The notes under the pieces were generated by a model that saw nothing but the letters and a program-made list of their open reading frames with translations, had not been told where the DNA came from and did no database searches. From a virus (lineage: Duplodnaviria; Caudoviricetes), in the IMG/VR virus record IMGVR_UViG_3300027819_000036, positions 1-35,953 of that record: DNA of 35,953 nucleotides. One strand, written 5' to 3'. A program made the position numbers and the translations under genes. Below, in pieces: positions 1-8,670 of this stretch. The stretch's first letter is position 1. Each line of letters starts with the position of its first letter.

Positions 1-142
1 GCTACGGCACGGACCCCCGGCGGCTGCGGGCAGAGGCGATCAAGCGCCAGCCCTGGTGCGGTCGGTGCGGGCACACCGGCTCAGCCGACAACCCACTGAG
101 TGCCGACCACGTCCAGCCGAAGAGCCGCGGCGGGGCGAGTGA
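1..142 (+). repeat. Terminal direct repeat, left copy (assembly circularisation overlap)
   Basis: Identical to 35812-35953 except position 16 (C) vs 35827 (A). Confidence 0.97.
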
Positions 143-200
143 GGCGGGGAACCTGCAGGTGCTCTGCCACCGCTGCAACAGCGGGAAGAGGGATCGATGA
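1..200 (+). CDS. HNH endonuclease, 3' part (gene starts at 35685 and crosses the circular join; 108 aa); HK97 gp74-like terminase cofactor
   Basis: ...QPWCGRCGHTGSADNPLSADHVQPKSRGGASEAGNLQVLCHRCNSGKRDR* has CxxC, DH..P...GG, NL..LC..CN; lies just upstream of cos/terS. Confidence 0.9.
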   Translation, partial: YGTDPRRLRAEAIKRQPWCGRCGHTGSADNPLSADHVQPKSRGGASEAGNLQVLCHRCNSGKRDR

Positions 201-291
201 TGGCCACGGGCAATCTGCGCAAGAAGCGGGCGCGCAAGGCGAAGAGGGGCAAGTGAGCAAGCGTTGCGAACTGATCGCACGCGCACGCTGA

Positions 292-370
292 CGGGGGCGG
301 GTCCAAATGTCTGGGGCCTGCCGCCGCGAGACCCGAGCGCCGTCATCTTCGTGTGCCCGCGAAATTCGTG
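292..370 (+). other. Putative cos (cohesive end) region
   Basis: Non-coding gap between HNH and terS with GGGGGCGGGTCCAAA ... GAGACCCGAGCGCC ... CGCGAAATT, resembling the end region of HNH/P27-terS cos phages; exact cut site cannot be read from sequence. Confidence 0.55.
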
Positions 371-379
371 AGGTGAACC

Positions 380-949
380 GTGCCCGCTGGACGACCGCCT
401 AAGCCGACTGCGTTGAAGCTCCTGCAGGGCAACCCCGGCAAACGGAAGCTCAACTCGGAGGAGCCGAAACCACCCACCGGGCCGGTCAAGCCGCCCTCCT
501 GGCTCCGTGGCCGGGCGAAAACCGCCTGGAAGTGGGTCGCGCCGATCCTCGAGGAGATGGGCGTGCTCACCACCGCGGACCCACACGCGCTCGCGCTGCT
601 GTGTGACGCCTATGCCGAGTACATCGAGTGCCGGGCGGTTGTCCGGAAGCTCGGCGCGACCTATGAAAGTCGCGTGATCAAGACCAGCACGCGCCGCGTG
701 GCCGCGAACGCCTCCGATGAGGCCGAGGACATCACCGAAGCCGAAGAGCCCTTCTCTGGAGACGATTGGAGCACGATCATTCGCCCCCGGCCCGAGGTCA
801 AGATGTACCAGGATGCCTGGCGGCGCGTCCATCGGATGCTTTCTGAGTTCGGGATGACGCCCAGCTCGCGGTCGAAGGTCAAGGGCGCCCCGCAAGAGGA
901 GGCCGATCCGTTCGGGGACTGGGCGCGTGGCAGTCGCAGCGCCTCCTAA
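380..949 (+). CDS. terS: Terminase small subunit, P27 family
   Basis: GRPPKPTALKLLQGNPGKRKLN N-terminus, PPSWL...AKTAW, EFGMTPSSRSKV C-terminal motif; GAGGTG RBS. Confidence 0.93.
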   Translation: MPAGRPPKPTALKLLQGNPGKRKLNSEEPKPPTGPVKPPSWLRGRAKTAWKWVAPILEEMGVLTTADPHALALLCDAYAEYIECRAVVRKLGATYESRVIKTSTRRVAANASDEAEDITEAEEPFSGDDWSTIIRPRPEVKMYQDAWRRVHRMLSEFGMTPSSRSKVKGAPQEEADPFGDWARGSRSAS

Positions 950-2651
950 GACCACACACCCCGTCGCGCTCTATGCCGAGGCAGTCATCGACGGGCGAAT
1001 CGCTGCCGGGAAGCTCGTCCGCCTGGCCTGCGAGCGTCACCTGCGCGACCTGGAGCACGGCCACGAGCGAGGCCTGTGGTTCGACGAGACCGCGGCCGAT
1101 CGAGCCATCGAATTCTTCCGTTTCCTCCGGCACAGCAAGGGTGAGTGGGCAGGGCGGACCTTCGAGCTGGCTCCCTGGCAGATATTCATTGTCGGCTGCC
1201 TCTTTGGCTGGAAGCGGGCCGATGGGACGCGCCGCTTCCGCGCCTCCTACATCGAGGTTCCGCGGAAAAACGGGAAGACCACGCTGCTCGCGGGGATCTG
1301 CCTGCTCCTGGCCTTCTTCGACGATGAGCCCGGGGCCGAGGTCTACGCCGCGGCGACGAAGCGCGACCAGGCGAAGATCTGCTGGGGCGAGGCGCGCCAG
1401 ATGGTGCTCAAGACGCCAGCGCTCCGCCAGCGCATCCAGGCACTCGTCGGCAATCTCCACGACGAGCGGACGCGGTCGAAGTTCGAGCCACTCGGGGCCG
1501 ATGCCGACTCGATGGACGGCCTCAATATCCATGGGGCTGGCGTGGACGAGCTGCACGCCCACAAGACGCGCGCAATCGTCGACGTGCTGGAGACCGCCAC
1601 GGGCGCCCGTCGCCAGCCGTTGATCAATTACATCACCACCGCTGGTAGCGACAAGCTCTCCGTCTGCCGCCAGCAGCACGACTATGGCGATCGCATCGTT
1701 CACCAGGTGATCGACGACGACACGTTCTTCGTCTACGTCGCGACGCTCGACGAGGGCGACGACTGGACGGACGAGCGAGTCTGGGCGAAAGCCAATCCGA
1801 ACCTCGGGATATCGGTCAAGATCGACGACCTGCGGCGGAAATGCCGCAAGGCGCGCGAGGTCCCCAGCGAGCAGAATGCCTTCAAGCGGCTGCACCTCGA
1901 CGTCTGGACTGAGCAGGTGACGAAGTGGGTCGACGTCGAGGTCTGGGACGAGGCCCCCCCGCAGACGCGGCTCGATGACCTGGAGGGACGGGCCTGCTAT
2001 GGCGGCCTGGACCTGGCGAATGTCAGCGACCTTGCCGCCTTCGCGCTCTGGTTCCCCGACGAGGATGGCGAGGGCGGCGATCTGTTCGGATGGTTCTGGG
2101 TCCCGGAGGAAGGAATCCGCCAGCGGGCCGAGCGCGATCGCGTCCCGTACGACGTCTGGGAGACGCAGGGGCTGATTAGCGCGACCGAGGGCAACGTCAC
2201 CGACTACGACGTGATCAAACAGGCGATCCTCGACCTGGGCGAGCGCTTCGAGATCCGCGAGCTCGGCTATGACCCCTGGAATGCCACCCAGCTCGCCACC
2301 CAGCTCCAGAACGAAGGCCTGACCGTGGTCCCCGTGCGGCAGGGCCTGGCCAGCCTGGCTGGGCCGACCAGGGAATACAAGAAGCTCGTGGTCGGGCGGA
2401 AGGTTCGCCACGGCGGCAACCCGGTTCTGCGATGGATGTTCAAGAACATCGCGGTCCGGACGGACCCGGCCGGGAATGAGCGGCCCGACAAAGAGAAGTC
2501 TTCGGAGAAGATCGACGGCCAGGTCGCCGCGATCATGGCGGTCGGGCGCGCCGCGACACATGCGGGCGAGGGCACCTCCGTCTACGAGGAGCGCGGCTTG
2601 CTCGTGATCGGCCGGGGAGAGGATGACGATGACGATGAGGATGAGGAGTAG
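927..2651 (+). CDS. terL: Terminase large subunit (Terminase_1 type)
   Basis: LAPWQ, Walker A VPRKNGKT, Walker B GVDELH, YITTAG, GGLDL RNase H-like Asp, YDPWNA, KIDG; acidic C-tail. Confidence 0.97.
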   Translation: MAVAAPPKTTHPVALYAEAVIDGRIAAGKLVRLACERHLRDLEHGHERGLWFDETAADRAIEFFRFLRHSKGEWAGRTFELAPWQIFIVGCLFGWKRADGTRRFRASYIEVPRKNGKTTLLAGICLLLAFFDDEPGAEVYAAATKRDQAKICWGEARQMVLKTPALRQRIQALVGNLHDERTRSKFEPLGADADSMDGLNIHGAGVDELHAHKTRAIVDVLETATGARRQPLINYITTAGSDKLSVCRQQHDYGDRIVHQVIDDDTFFVYVATLDEGDDWTDERVWAKANPNLGISVKIDDLRRKCRKAREVPSEQNAFKRLHLDVWTEQVTKWVDVEVWDEAPPQTRLDDLEGRACYGGLDLANVSDLAAFALWFPDEDGEGGDLFGWFWVPEEGIRQRAERDRVPYDVWETQGLISATEGNVTDYDVIKQAILDLGERFEIRELGYDPWNATQLATQLQNEGLTVVPVRQGLASLAGPTREYKKLVVGRKVRHGGNPVLRWMFKNIAVRTDPAGNERPDKEKSSEKIDGQVAAIMAVGRAATHAGEGTSVYEERGLLVIGRGEDDDDDEDEE

Positions 2652-2654
2652 CCC

Positions 2655-2822
2655 GTGCGACACCTGCGCAGCGCCTTCGACGCGCGCGACCTGGACGGCG
2701 CGATCGGCCTCTTTGGCCTCGTGCTCCTCACGCTCGGCTGCTGGCTGGTCTACGTGCCGCTCGGCCTGATCGTCCCGGGCCTCGTGCTCCTCGCGCTGGC
2801 TGTCTGGAGGCTCCGCGGCTGA
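2655..2822 (+). CDS. Small two-TM membrane protein between terL and portal (55 aa)
   Basis: GTG after GAGGAG; MRHLRSAFDARDLDGAIGLFGLVLLTLGCWLVYVPLGLIVPGLVLLALAVWRLRG; TGATG overlap with portal; common position in HK97-like phages; not in ORF track. Confidence 0.8.
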   Translation: MRHLRSAFDARDLDGAIGLFGLVLLTLGCWLVYVPLGLIVPGLVLLALAVWRLRG

Positions 2823-4348
2823 TGGGCTTCCTCGCCAACTTGCTCTCCCCCAGGGCCACCGCGCCGAATCCGATCGACGATTACTGGTACGGGCCAATCA
2901 CCGCCACGTCCGTCGCCGGCGTGAAGGTGGACGCCGACACCGCCCTGAAGTTGTCCACGGCCTGGCGCTGCGTGACGCTGATCGCCAACGCGATCGGCAA
3001 GCTGCCGTTGATCATGTACCAGCGGCAGAGCGGCGGCGGTCGGGCGCGGGCCTATCAGCACCCCCTCTACGACGTCCTGCACGATCGGCCGAACGCCTGG
3101 CAGACGGCGATGGACTTCCGGTCCCTGCTCACGGGGCACCTGCTGCTGCGCGGGAACGCCTACGCGCACATGGTGCCCGGCCCGCGTGGGTTCGCCGACC
3201 AGCTCGTCCCGCTCCACCCCGACCGCATGCGGGTCGTCCAGAACCCGGACCGCTCGCTCGTCTATCTCTACCGCCAGCAGGATGGCACGCAGGTCGCCTA
3301 CAACCAGGACCAGATCATGCACATCCGCGGCTTCTCGGCCGACGGGATCACCGGCCTCTCCGTCGTCCAGCACGCCAGGGAGGCGCTGGGGACCGCGCTG
3401 GCGACGGAAGAATATGCCGCGCGGTGGTTCGCCCAGAACGGGAAGCCGCCGGCCGTGCTACAGCACCCCGGCAAGCTCTCGAAGGACGCCTCGAAGCGCT
3501 TGCGGACCGAGTGGCAGGCCCTCCACGGCGGTCTCGGCAACGCCCACCAGGTGGCCGTCCTCGAGGAGGGGATGACCCTCAAGGAGATCGGGTTCTCGCC
3601 CGAGGACACGCAGCTGATCCTCTCGCGCGAGTTCAACGCCGAGGACGTCTGCCGCTGGTTTGGCGTGCCGCCCCACCTGGCCGGGATCACCAGCAAGTCG
3701 TCGAGCTGGGGGACCGGAATCGAGCAGCTCTCGATCCTGTTCGTGGTCTATACGCTGACCGATTGGACGGCGCGCTGGGAGCAGTCGATCGCGCGCGACC
3801 TGATCCTCGCGCCACAGAGCTTCTTCGCCGAGTTCCTCGTCGACGGCCTCCTCCGCGGGGACATCAAGACCCGCTACGAGGGCTACGCCACGGCGATCGG
3901 CCGGCCGTGGATGGCCGCGAACGAGGCGCGGCGGCGCGAAAACATGGACCCCTTGCCAGGTCTCGACGAGGTGGCGCTGCCACTCAATACCTCGACCGGC
4001 GGCCGTCCGTCCCCGAGCCAGGGCGCGCAGCTTCAGGCGTTCGTTCGCGACGCCGCCGCCCGCGTGGTGCGGAAGGAGATCGCCGCGATGCAAAAAATCG
4101 CCTATCGCATGGCGGGCGACCCGGCCGCCCTGGAAGTCGCGGTGCGGGAGTTCTACGGGTACCACCTCGACTTTGTCGTCGAGGTGCTCCGTCTGCCGCG
4201 TGCCGTGGCCGAGCAGTATGCGGCAGAGCAGGCGGCCACTGTCATGCAGGGCGGCTCCGCGGCGATGGCCGCATGGGACCCCGAGCGCATCGACCATCTT
4301 GTCGCACTCGCCCTCGCCCTCACACCCCCGGAGGACCGCCCCGCATGA
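2822..4348 (+). CDS. Portal protein, HK97 family, with C-terminal extension
   Basis: IANAIGKLPL, RPNAWQT, LLLRGNAY, LVPLHPDRM, IMHIRGFSADGITGLS, VLEEGM, FGVPPHL, LLRGD, NEARRRENMDP. Confidence 0.96.
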   Translation: MGFLANLLSPRATAPNPIDDYWYGPITATSVAGVKVDADTALKLSTAWRCVTLIANAIGKLPLIMYQRQSGGGRARAYQHPLYDVLHDRPNAWQTAMDFRSLLTGHLLLRGNAYAHMVPGPRGFADQLVPLHPDRMRVVQNPDRSLVYLYRQQDGTQVAYNQDQIMHIRGFSADGITGLSVVQHAREALGTALATEEYAARWFAQNGKPPAVLQHPGKLSKDASKRLRTEWQALHGGLGNAHQVAVLEEGMTLKEIGFSPEDTQLILSREFNAEDVCRWFGVPPHLAGITSKSSSWGTGIEQLSILFVVYTLTDWTARWEQSIARDLILAPQSFFAEFLVDGLLRGDIKTRYEGYATAIGRPWMAANEARRRENMDPLPGLDEVALPLNTSTGGRPSPSQGAQLQAFVRDAAARVVRKEIAAMQKIAYRMAGDPAALEVAVREFYGYHLDFVVEVLRLPRAVAEQYAAEQAATVMQGGSAAMAAWDPERIDHLVALALALTPPEDRPA

Positions 4349-5298
4349 AATACGCCCACGTGATCCAGTTCGCCGTCGAGCGTCCCTGGGCGATCACCAT
4401 CGAGAAACTCGCCGCCATTCAGGTGTTTCTGGCGCTGAAGGCGGAGGGCCAGGACGTGGACCCTGACGAGGTGCGCGCGATGGCCGATGCGGCGCGCTCC
4501 ACCGACGCGCGCAGCGCGGGCAGCATCGCCGTCGTGCCCCTCTATGGCGTGCTCAGCCAGCGCGGGGGGCTGACCGATACCTCCGAGCCGCTCACCTCCA
4601 CGGCCCGCTTCGCGGCGCTCGTGCAGCAGGCGGTCAACGATCCAGGCGTGCGGGCGGTGGTGATCGACGTCGACTCGCCGGGCGGAGAGGTCTACGGGAC
4701 GGCCGAGGCAGCCGACGCGGTCGCCCAGGCGGTCCAGACGGGCGGGAAGCCGATCGTCGCCGTGGCCAACAGCCTCGCCGCGAGCGCTGCCTACTGGATC
4801 GCCAGCCAGGCCGAGGAGCTGATCGTCACCCCCGGCGGCCAGGTCGGCAGCATCGGCGTCTACGCCATGCACCAGGACGTTTCGCAGGCCGCCGAGCAGG
4901 CGGGCGTGAAGACGACCCTCGTCAGCGCGGGCAAGTACAAGACCGAGGCCAATCCGTGGCAGCCGCTGTCGGAGGAAGCCCACGCGGCGATCGAGCAGAG
5001 CGTGCAGGACTATTACGGCCAGTTCCTGGCCGCCGTGGCGCGCGGTCGGGGCACAACGTCCGCCGCGGTGCGCGACGGCTATGGCCAGGGCCGCGTCCTC
5101 ACTGCCAAGCGCGCCCTCGCCGCCGGGATGGTCGACCGCGTCGCCACCCTCGACCAGACGATCAGCCGCCTCGCCTCCGGGAGCTACCGGAAGCCCGGCC
5201 GCGCGCAGGCCGAGGTAGCGGCGCAGGTCGTCGACCGTGCAGATTCCGAAGCGGTGCCAGATTGGCGCCGTCGGCGCCTGCGGCTGAACGGCCGCTAG
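4345..5298 (+). CDS. Prohead protease, S49/SppA (ClpP-like) family, 317 aa
   Basis: ATGA overlap with portal stop; IDVDSPGG, AASAAYWIAS, VGSIGV, SAGKYK, FLAAVARGRG, GMVDRV; true start 4345, not the 3424 of the ORF track. Confidence 0.94.
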   Translation: MKYAHVIQFAVERPWAITIEKLAAIQVFLALKAEGQDVDPDEVRAMADAARSTDARSAGSIAVVPLYGVLSQRGGLTDTSEPLTSTARFAALVQQAVNDPGVRAVVIDVDSPGGEVYGTAEAADAVAQAVQTGGKPIVAVANSLAASAAYWIASQAEELIVTPGGQVGSIGVYAMHQDVSQAAEQAGVKTTLVSAGKYKTEANPWQPLSEEAHAAIEQSVQDYYGQFLAAVARGRGTTSAAVRDGYGQGRVLTAKRALAAGMVDRVATLDQTISRLASGSYRKPGRAQAEVAAQVVDRADSEAVPDWRRRRLRLNGR

Positions 5299-5425
5299 TT
5301 CGTCCCAATCCACGCCCCGGCGCCGATGCGACCAGGGCGTCTGTTTCCCACCCCTTCCCACCCCGCAGGGGCAACCACCCGTCGGTGCGCCGTGTCCCTC
5401 GCCCCCACCAAAAGGAGTTTCCCCC

Positions 5426-6736
5426 GTGGACCGAAAGATTCTTCTGCAGGAGCGCGCCGACCTCGTCGCCGAGGGACGCACGCTGTTCGAGGCGGCTGAC
5501 AAGGCGGGTCGCGACCTGTCGGCCGAGGAAAAGACGCGCGACGACGAGATCAATGCCCGATTGGGCGACCTCGCGACGGACCTGGAGCGCGAGGAGCGCC
5601 GCCGGGAGCGCGAGCGGGCGGTCGCTCTGACCGTGGCCGGCAGCGAGGATGCCCGCGGTCGTCTCGCCACCGTCCACGACCGCGGCGAAGACGAGCCGTG
5701 GGGCACGCGCACCGGCGCGGCCTTCGGCGAGTTCCTGCAGGCCATCCACCGCGCGAAGACCGGCGGCGGCATGGACCCGCGCCTGATGGCCGCGGCTCAG
5801 GGCTCGGGCGAGCTGATCGGCGCCGACGGCGGCTTCCTGGTCGGGATGGACATGGCCGCCGGGATCCTGCGCAAGATGCACGACCTCGGCCGCATCCTCA
5901 GTGAGGTTCAGCGGATTCCAATCTCGGGCAATTCGAACGGCATTGAGATCAACGCGATCAAGGAGGTCTCGCGCGCGACGGGATCCCGCTGGGGCGGCGT
6001 GCAGGGCTACTGGGTGGATGAGGGCACCGCGCCATCCGCCACGCGCCCGAAGTTCCGCAAGGTTCAGCTGAAGCTGAAGAAAATCGCCGCCCTGGGCTAC
6101 GCGACGGACGAGCTGCTCGCCGATGCCGTGGCCCTCGACGCCGTCTTCACGCAGGCGTTTGCCGAAGAGCTCACGTTCCTGACCGAGGACGCGATCATCG
6201 AGGGCACCGGCGCCGGCCAGCCGCTCGGCATCCTGAACGCTGGCTGCAAGGTGAGCGTGGCGAAAGAGACGGGCCAGGCCGCGGCGACGATCGTCACGAC
6301 CAACCTGTCGAAGATGTGGGCGCGCCTGCCCGCCTCCAGCAAGCCGAACGCCGCCTGGTTCATCAACGTCGACTGCGAACCGCAGCTCGACGAGCTGACG
6401 ATCCCGGCGGGCACCGCGGCGGTCGAGCCGCGGTTCGTGACCTACGGGCCGGATGGCATCCTGCGCATCAAGGGCCGCCCGGTGATCCCCGTCGAATACG
6501 CCTCGACCGTCGGAACCCTCGGCGACATCATCCTCGCCGACTTCTCGCAGTACGCGCTGATCGAGAAGGGCGGCGTCCAGCAGGCCAGCTCGATCCACGT
6601 CGCCTTCACCACCGACGAGACCGCCTTCCGTGCGATCTACCGCGTGGACGGCCAGCCGACATGGGAATCGGCGCTCACGCCCTTCAAGGGGTCGAACACC
6701 CTCAGCCCGTTCATCACCCTGGACACCCGAGCCTAA
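5426..6736 (+). CDS. Major capsid protein, HK97 fold with N-terminal coiled-coil delta domain
   Basis: AAAGGAG RBS; coiled-coil N-terminus; DGGFLV, YWVDEG, TDELLAD, GTGAGQPLGI, IKGRPV, GDIILADFSQY, AFRAIYRVDG. Confidence 0.96.
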   Translation: MDRKILLQERADLVAEGRTLFEAADKAGRDLSAEEKTRDDEINARLGDLATDLEREERRRERERAVALTVAGSEDARGRLATVHDRGEDEPWGTRTGAAFGEFLQAIHRAKTGGGMDPRLMAAAQGSGELIGADGGFLVGMDMAAGILRKMHDLGRILSEVQRIPISGNSNGIEINAIKEVSRATGSRWGGVQGYWVDEGTAPSATRPKFRKVQLKLKKIAALGYATDELLADAVALDAVFTQAFAEELTFLTEDAIIEGTGAGQPLGILNAGCKVSVAKETGQAAATIVTTNLSKMWARLPASSKPNAAWFINVDCEPQLDELTIPAGTAAVEPRFVTYGPDGILRIKGRPVIPVEYASTVGTLGDIILADFSQYALIEKGGVQQASSIHVAFTTDETAFRAIYRVDGQPTWESALTPFKGSNTLSPFITLDTRA

Positions 6737-6742
6737 AGCCCT

Positions 6743-6770
6743 CCCCAGGGGCGGACGTCCGCCCCTGGGG
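6743..6770. repeat. Perfect 28-bp palindrome after the capsid gene (mRNA hairpin or operator)
   Basis: CCCCAGGGGCGGAC|GTCCGCCCCTGGGG with no spacer and no T-tract. Confidence 0.9.
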
Positions 6771-6793
6771 CATCTCTCGATAAGGAGTCCCCC

Positions 6794-7312
6794 ATGTCGT
6801 TGCTTCTCGAATGCTGCCAGATCGTCGGGGCTTTTCGGCCGGTGGACATGTCCGCCGGCGCGAACACTGGCGACTGGGTCAGCCTCAAGAACTTCAAGCA
6901 CGTCGCCGTCGTTTTCCACAGCGCGATCGGCACCGCCGGCGACGACCCGACGCTGACGATCTTGCAGGCGACCGACGTCTCCGGCGCGAGCTCCAAGGCG
7001 CTCAACATCGCCACCACGAAGGCCTACAAGAAGCAGGCCGCGACCAATCTGCTCGCGGTCGGCCAGTGGTCTTCGGCGTCGGCGGACCTGTCAACCAACA
7101 CCTGGACGAATACCGATTCGGCCGAGCAGGAGACGCTCGTCGTCGTCGAGTTCGATTCCGACGAGCTGGACGTGGACGGCGGTTTCGACTGCATCCGGGC
7201 GTCGGTCGCGGACGTCGGCACCAACGCGCAGCTGGGTGCCTGCTACTACATCCTCTGCGACCCCCGCTTCCCCGATGCGCCGGCCTCGATGGCCTCGGCG
7301 ATCGTCGACTAG
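6794..7312 (+). CDS. Putative capsid decoration/cement protein
   Basis: TAAGGAG RBS; directly after MCP; beta-rich, TLTILQATDVSG ... LDVDGGFDCIRASV pattern typical of genes at this position. Confidence 0.65.
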   Translation: MSLLLECCQIVGAFRPVDMSAGANTGDWVSLKNFKHVAVVFHSAIGTAGDDPTLTILQATDVSGASSKALNIATTKAYKKQAATNLLAVGQWSSASADLSTNTWTNTDSAEQETLVVVEFDSDELDVDGGFDCIRASVADVGTNAQLGACYYILCDPRFPDAPASMASAIVD

Positions 7313-7349
7313 CCAGCGGCGGAACCACCGCCCTGAACGCGGGGGCCGG

Positions 7350-7373
7350 GAGACCGGCCCCCGACGTATGGAA
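7350..7373 (+). terminator. GC-rich hairpin with GAGA tetraloop (mRNA stabiliser or partial terminator)
   Basis: CGGGGGCCGG-GAGA-CCGGCCCCCG, 10-bp stem, no U-tract. Confidence 0.6.
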
Positions 7374-7384
7374 AGGACCCTTCG

Positions 7385-7969
7385 ATGCCCGCGACCAACG
7401 TCAAGTCCCGCTGGGTTGGCGGCGACCTGTATTTCTACGACAAGTCCGACAACGAGATCGCCCACTGGGATGGGACCAACCGCAAGCTGGTCCTCCCCGC
7501 CGGCTCGACGCTCGACGTCAGCGGTGGGACGGGCACTCTCAGCCTCACCGCGGGCGAGATCGCCCTGGCGGACATCGCTGCCGCCAGCCTCGATGGAACG
7601 ATCGCCAAACTGACGGCGGACGCCAACGTGATCGGCGGCCTGCCAGTGCTGCACCGGATCGACATCACGGCCGGCGCCCTGGGCAATACCGACGTCGTCC
7701 TCACGCACAAGACGCGCGTGATCGACGCCTGGCTCGTCCTGCGCGGCGCGGGCGTGTCGACCACCACACTGCAGCTGAAGAACGGCACGACCAACGCCAT
7801 CACCGATGCGATGGCGGCCAGTGGCTCGGACCAGGCCATCGTGCGGTGCGCCTCGCTCGACGACGCCTACTGGGAGATCGCGGCCGCCGGCACGCTCCGC
7901 GTCACGAGTGCCACGGGCGCTTCCCAGCCGAACGCGACGGTCTTTGTGCTCGGCATCCGAGTCGCGTAG
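7385..7969 (+). CDS. Putative virion (head-associated) beta-rich protein
   Basis: AAAGGA RBS; A/T/G-rich beta composition; structural operon. Confidence 0.6.
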   Translation: MPATNVKSRWVGGDLYFYDKSDNEIAHWDGTNRKLVLPAGSTLDVSGGTGTLSLTAGEIALADIAAASLDGTIAKLTADANVIGGLPVLHRIDITAGALGNTDVVLTHKTRVIDAWLVLRGAGVSTTTLQLKNGTTNAITDAMAASGSDQAIVRCASLDDAYWEIAAAGTLRVTSATGASQPNATVFVLGIRVA

Positions 7970-7982
7970 GAGGGCCTGACCG

Positions 7983-8669
7983 ATGACCAACGTCTTGGTC
8001 GCCACGACCCGGCACTTTGTCGGTCAGGCGGCGGATGGCAAACCGACCGATAGCCCGGCGGGCTCGATCTTCCAGGAGACCGACACCGGCAAGCTTTTTG
8101 TCTACACGGGGGCGGCGTGGGTTTGGCAGCCCACGCTCGCCACCCTCCAGGCCGGCGAGGCGCACCTCGGCAGCGTCGGTGGGGCCGGCGTTAGCGTCAC
8201 GGCCACGTTCACCCGTCCGGCCGACGCGACGGCCTACGCTGCGCTCGACGCCGTCAGTAACTCCACCTCGGCGCCGGCCGTCCTCACGTTCACCGGGGCC
8301 GCTCGTGTGACAGGTGGATCGGGCTACATAGCCAAGGCGCAACTGCTGACCGATCTCAAGACGGACGTGAAGGCGTACCGGCTGCACCTGTTCAACGCGG
8401 CGCCGACCGCGATCAACGACAACAGCCCGTACCTCCAGCTCTACGCCAACGCCGCCGCGCGAGTGGGGACCATCGACTTCCCGCCCCTGGCCACGGAAGA
8501 CCCGACGAACAGCACAGCCGCCGGTGGCCAGAACACGCAGACGGGTCTGCCGCTGGTGTTTGTCTGCGCCGCTGACGCGAATCTGTACGGCATCCTGGAG
8601 ACCTTGAGCGCTGGCACTCCGGCGAGCGGCCAGTCCTACACAATCAAACTCGGAATTGACGCCAACTAG
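7983..8669 (+). CDS. Putative head fibre/spike protein
   Basis: AGGAGG RBS; N-terminal KPTDSPAGSIFQETDTGKLFVYTGAAW fibre-anchor-like motif; TFTRPADATAYAALD jelly-roll-like domain. Confidence 0.55.
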   Translation: MTNVLVATTRHFVGQAADGKPTDSPAGSIFQETDTGKLFVYTGAAWVWQPTLATLQAGEAHLGSVGGAGVSVTATFTRPADATAYAALDAVSNSTSAPAVLTFTGAARVTGGSGYIAKAQLLTDLKTDVKAYRLHLFNAAPTAINDNSPYLQLYANAAARVGTIDFPPLATEDPTNSTAAGGQNTQTGLPLVFVCAADANLYGILETLSAGTPASGQSYTIKLGIDAN

Positions 8670-8670
8670 C

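Noticed and set aside
1-142. Physical direct terminal repeats of the virion DNA
   Set aside because: The repeat falls mid-gene, has a length typical of assembler overlap, and the HNH/P27-terS module points to cos packaging.
3424-4344. 624-aa protease with long N-terminal extension (similar over-extensions at 10201, 26166, 26908, 29457 and 30930)
   Set aside because: The extensions overlap upstream genes out of frame; coupled downstream starts with RBSs fit better.
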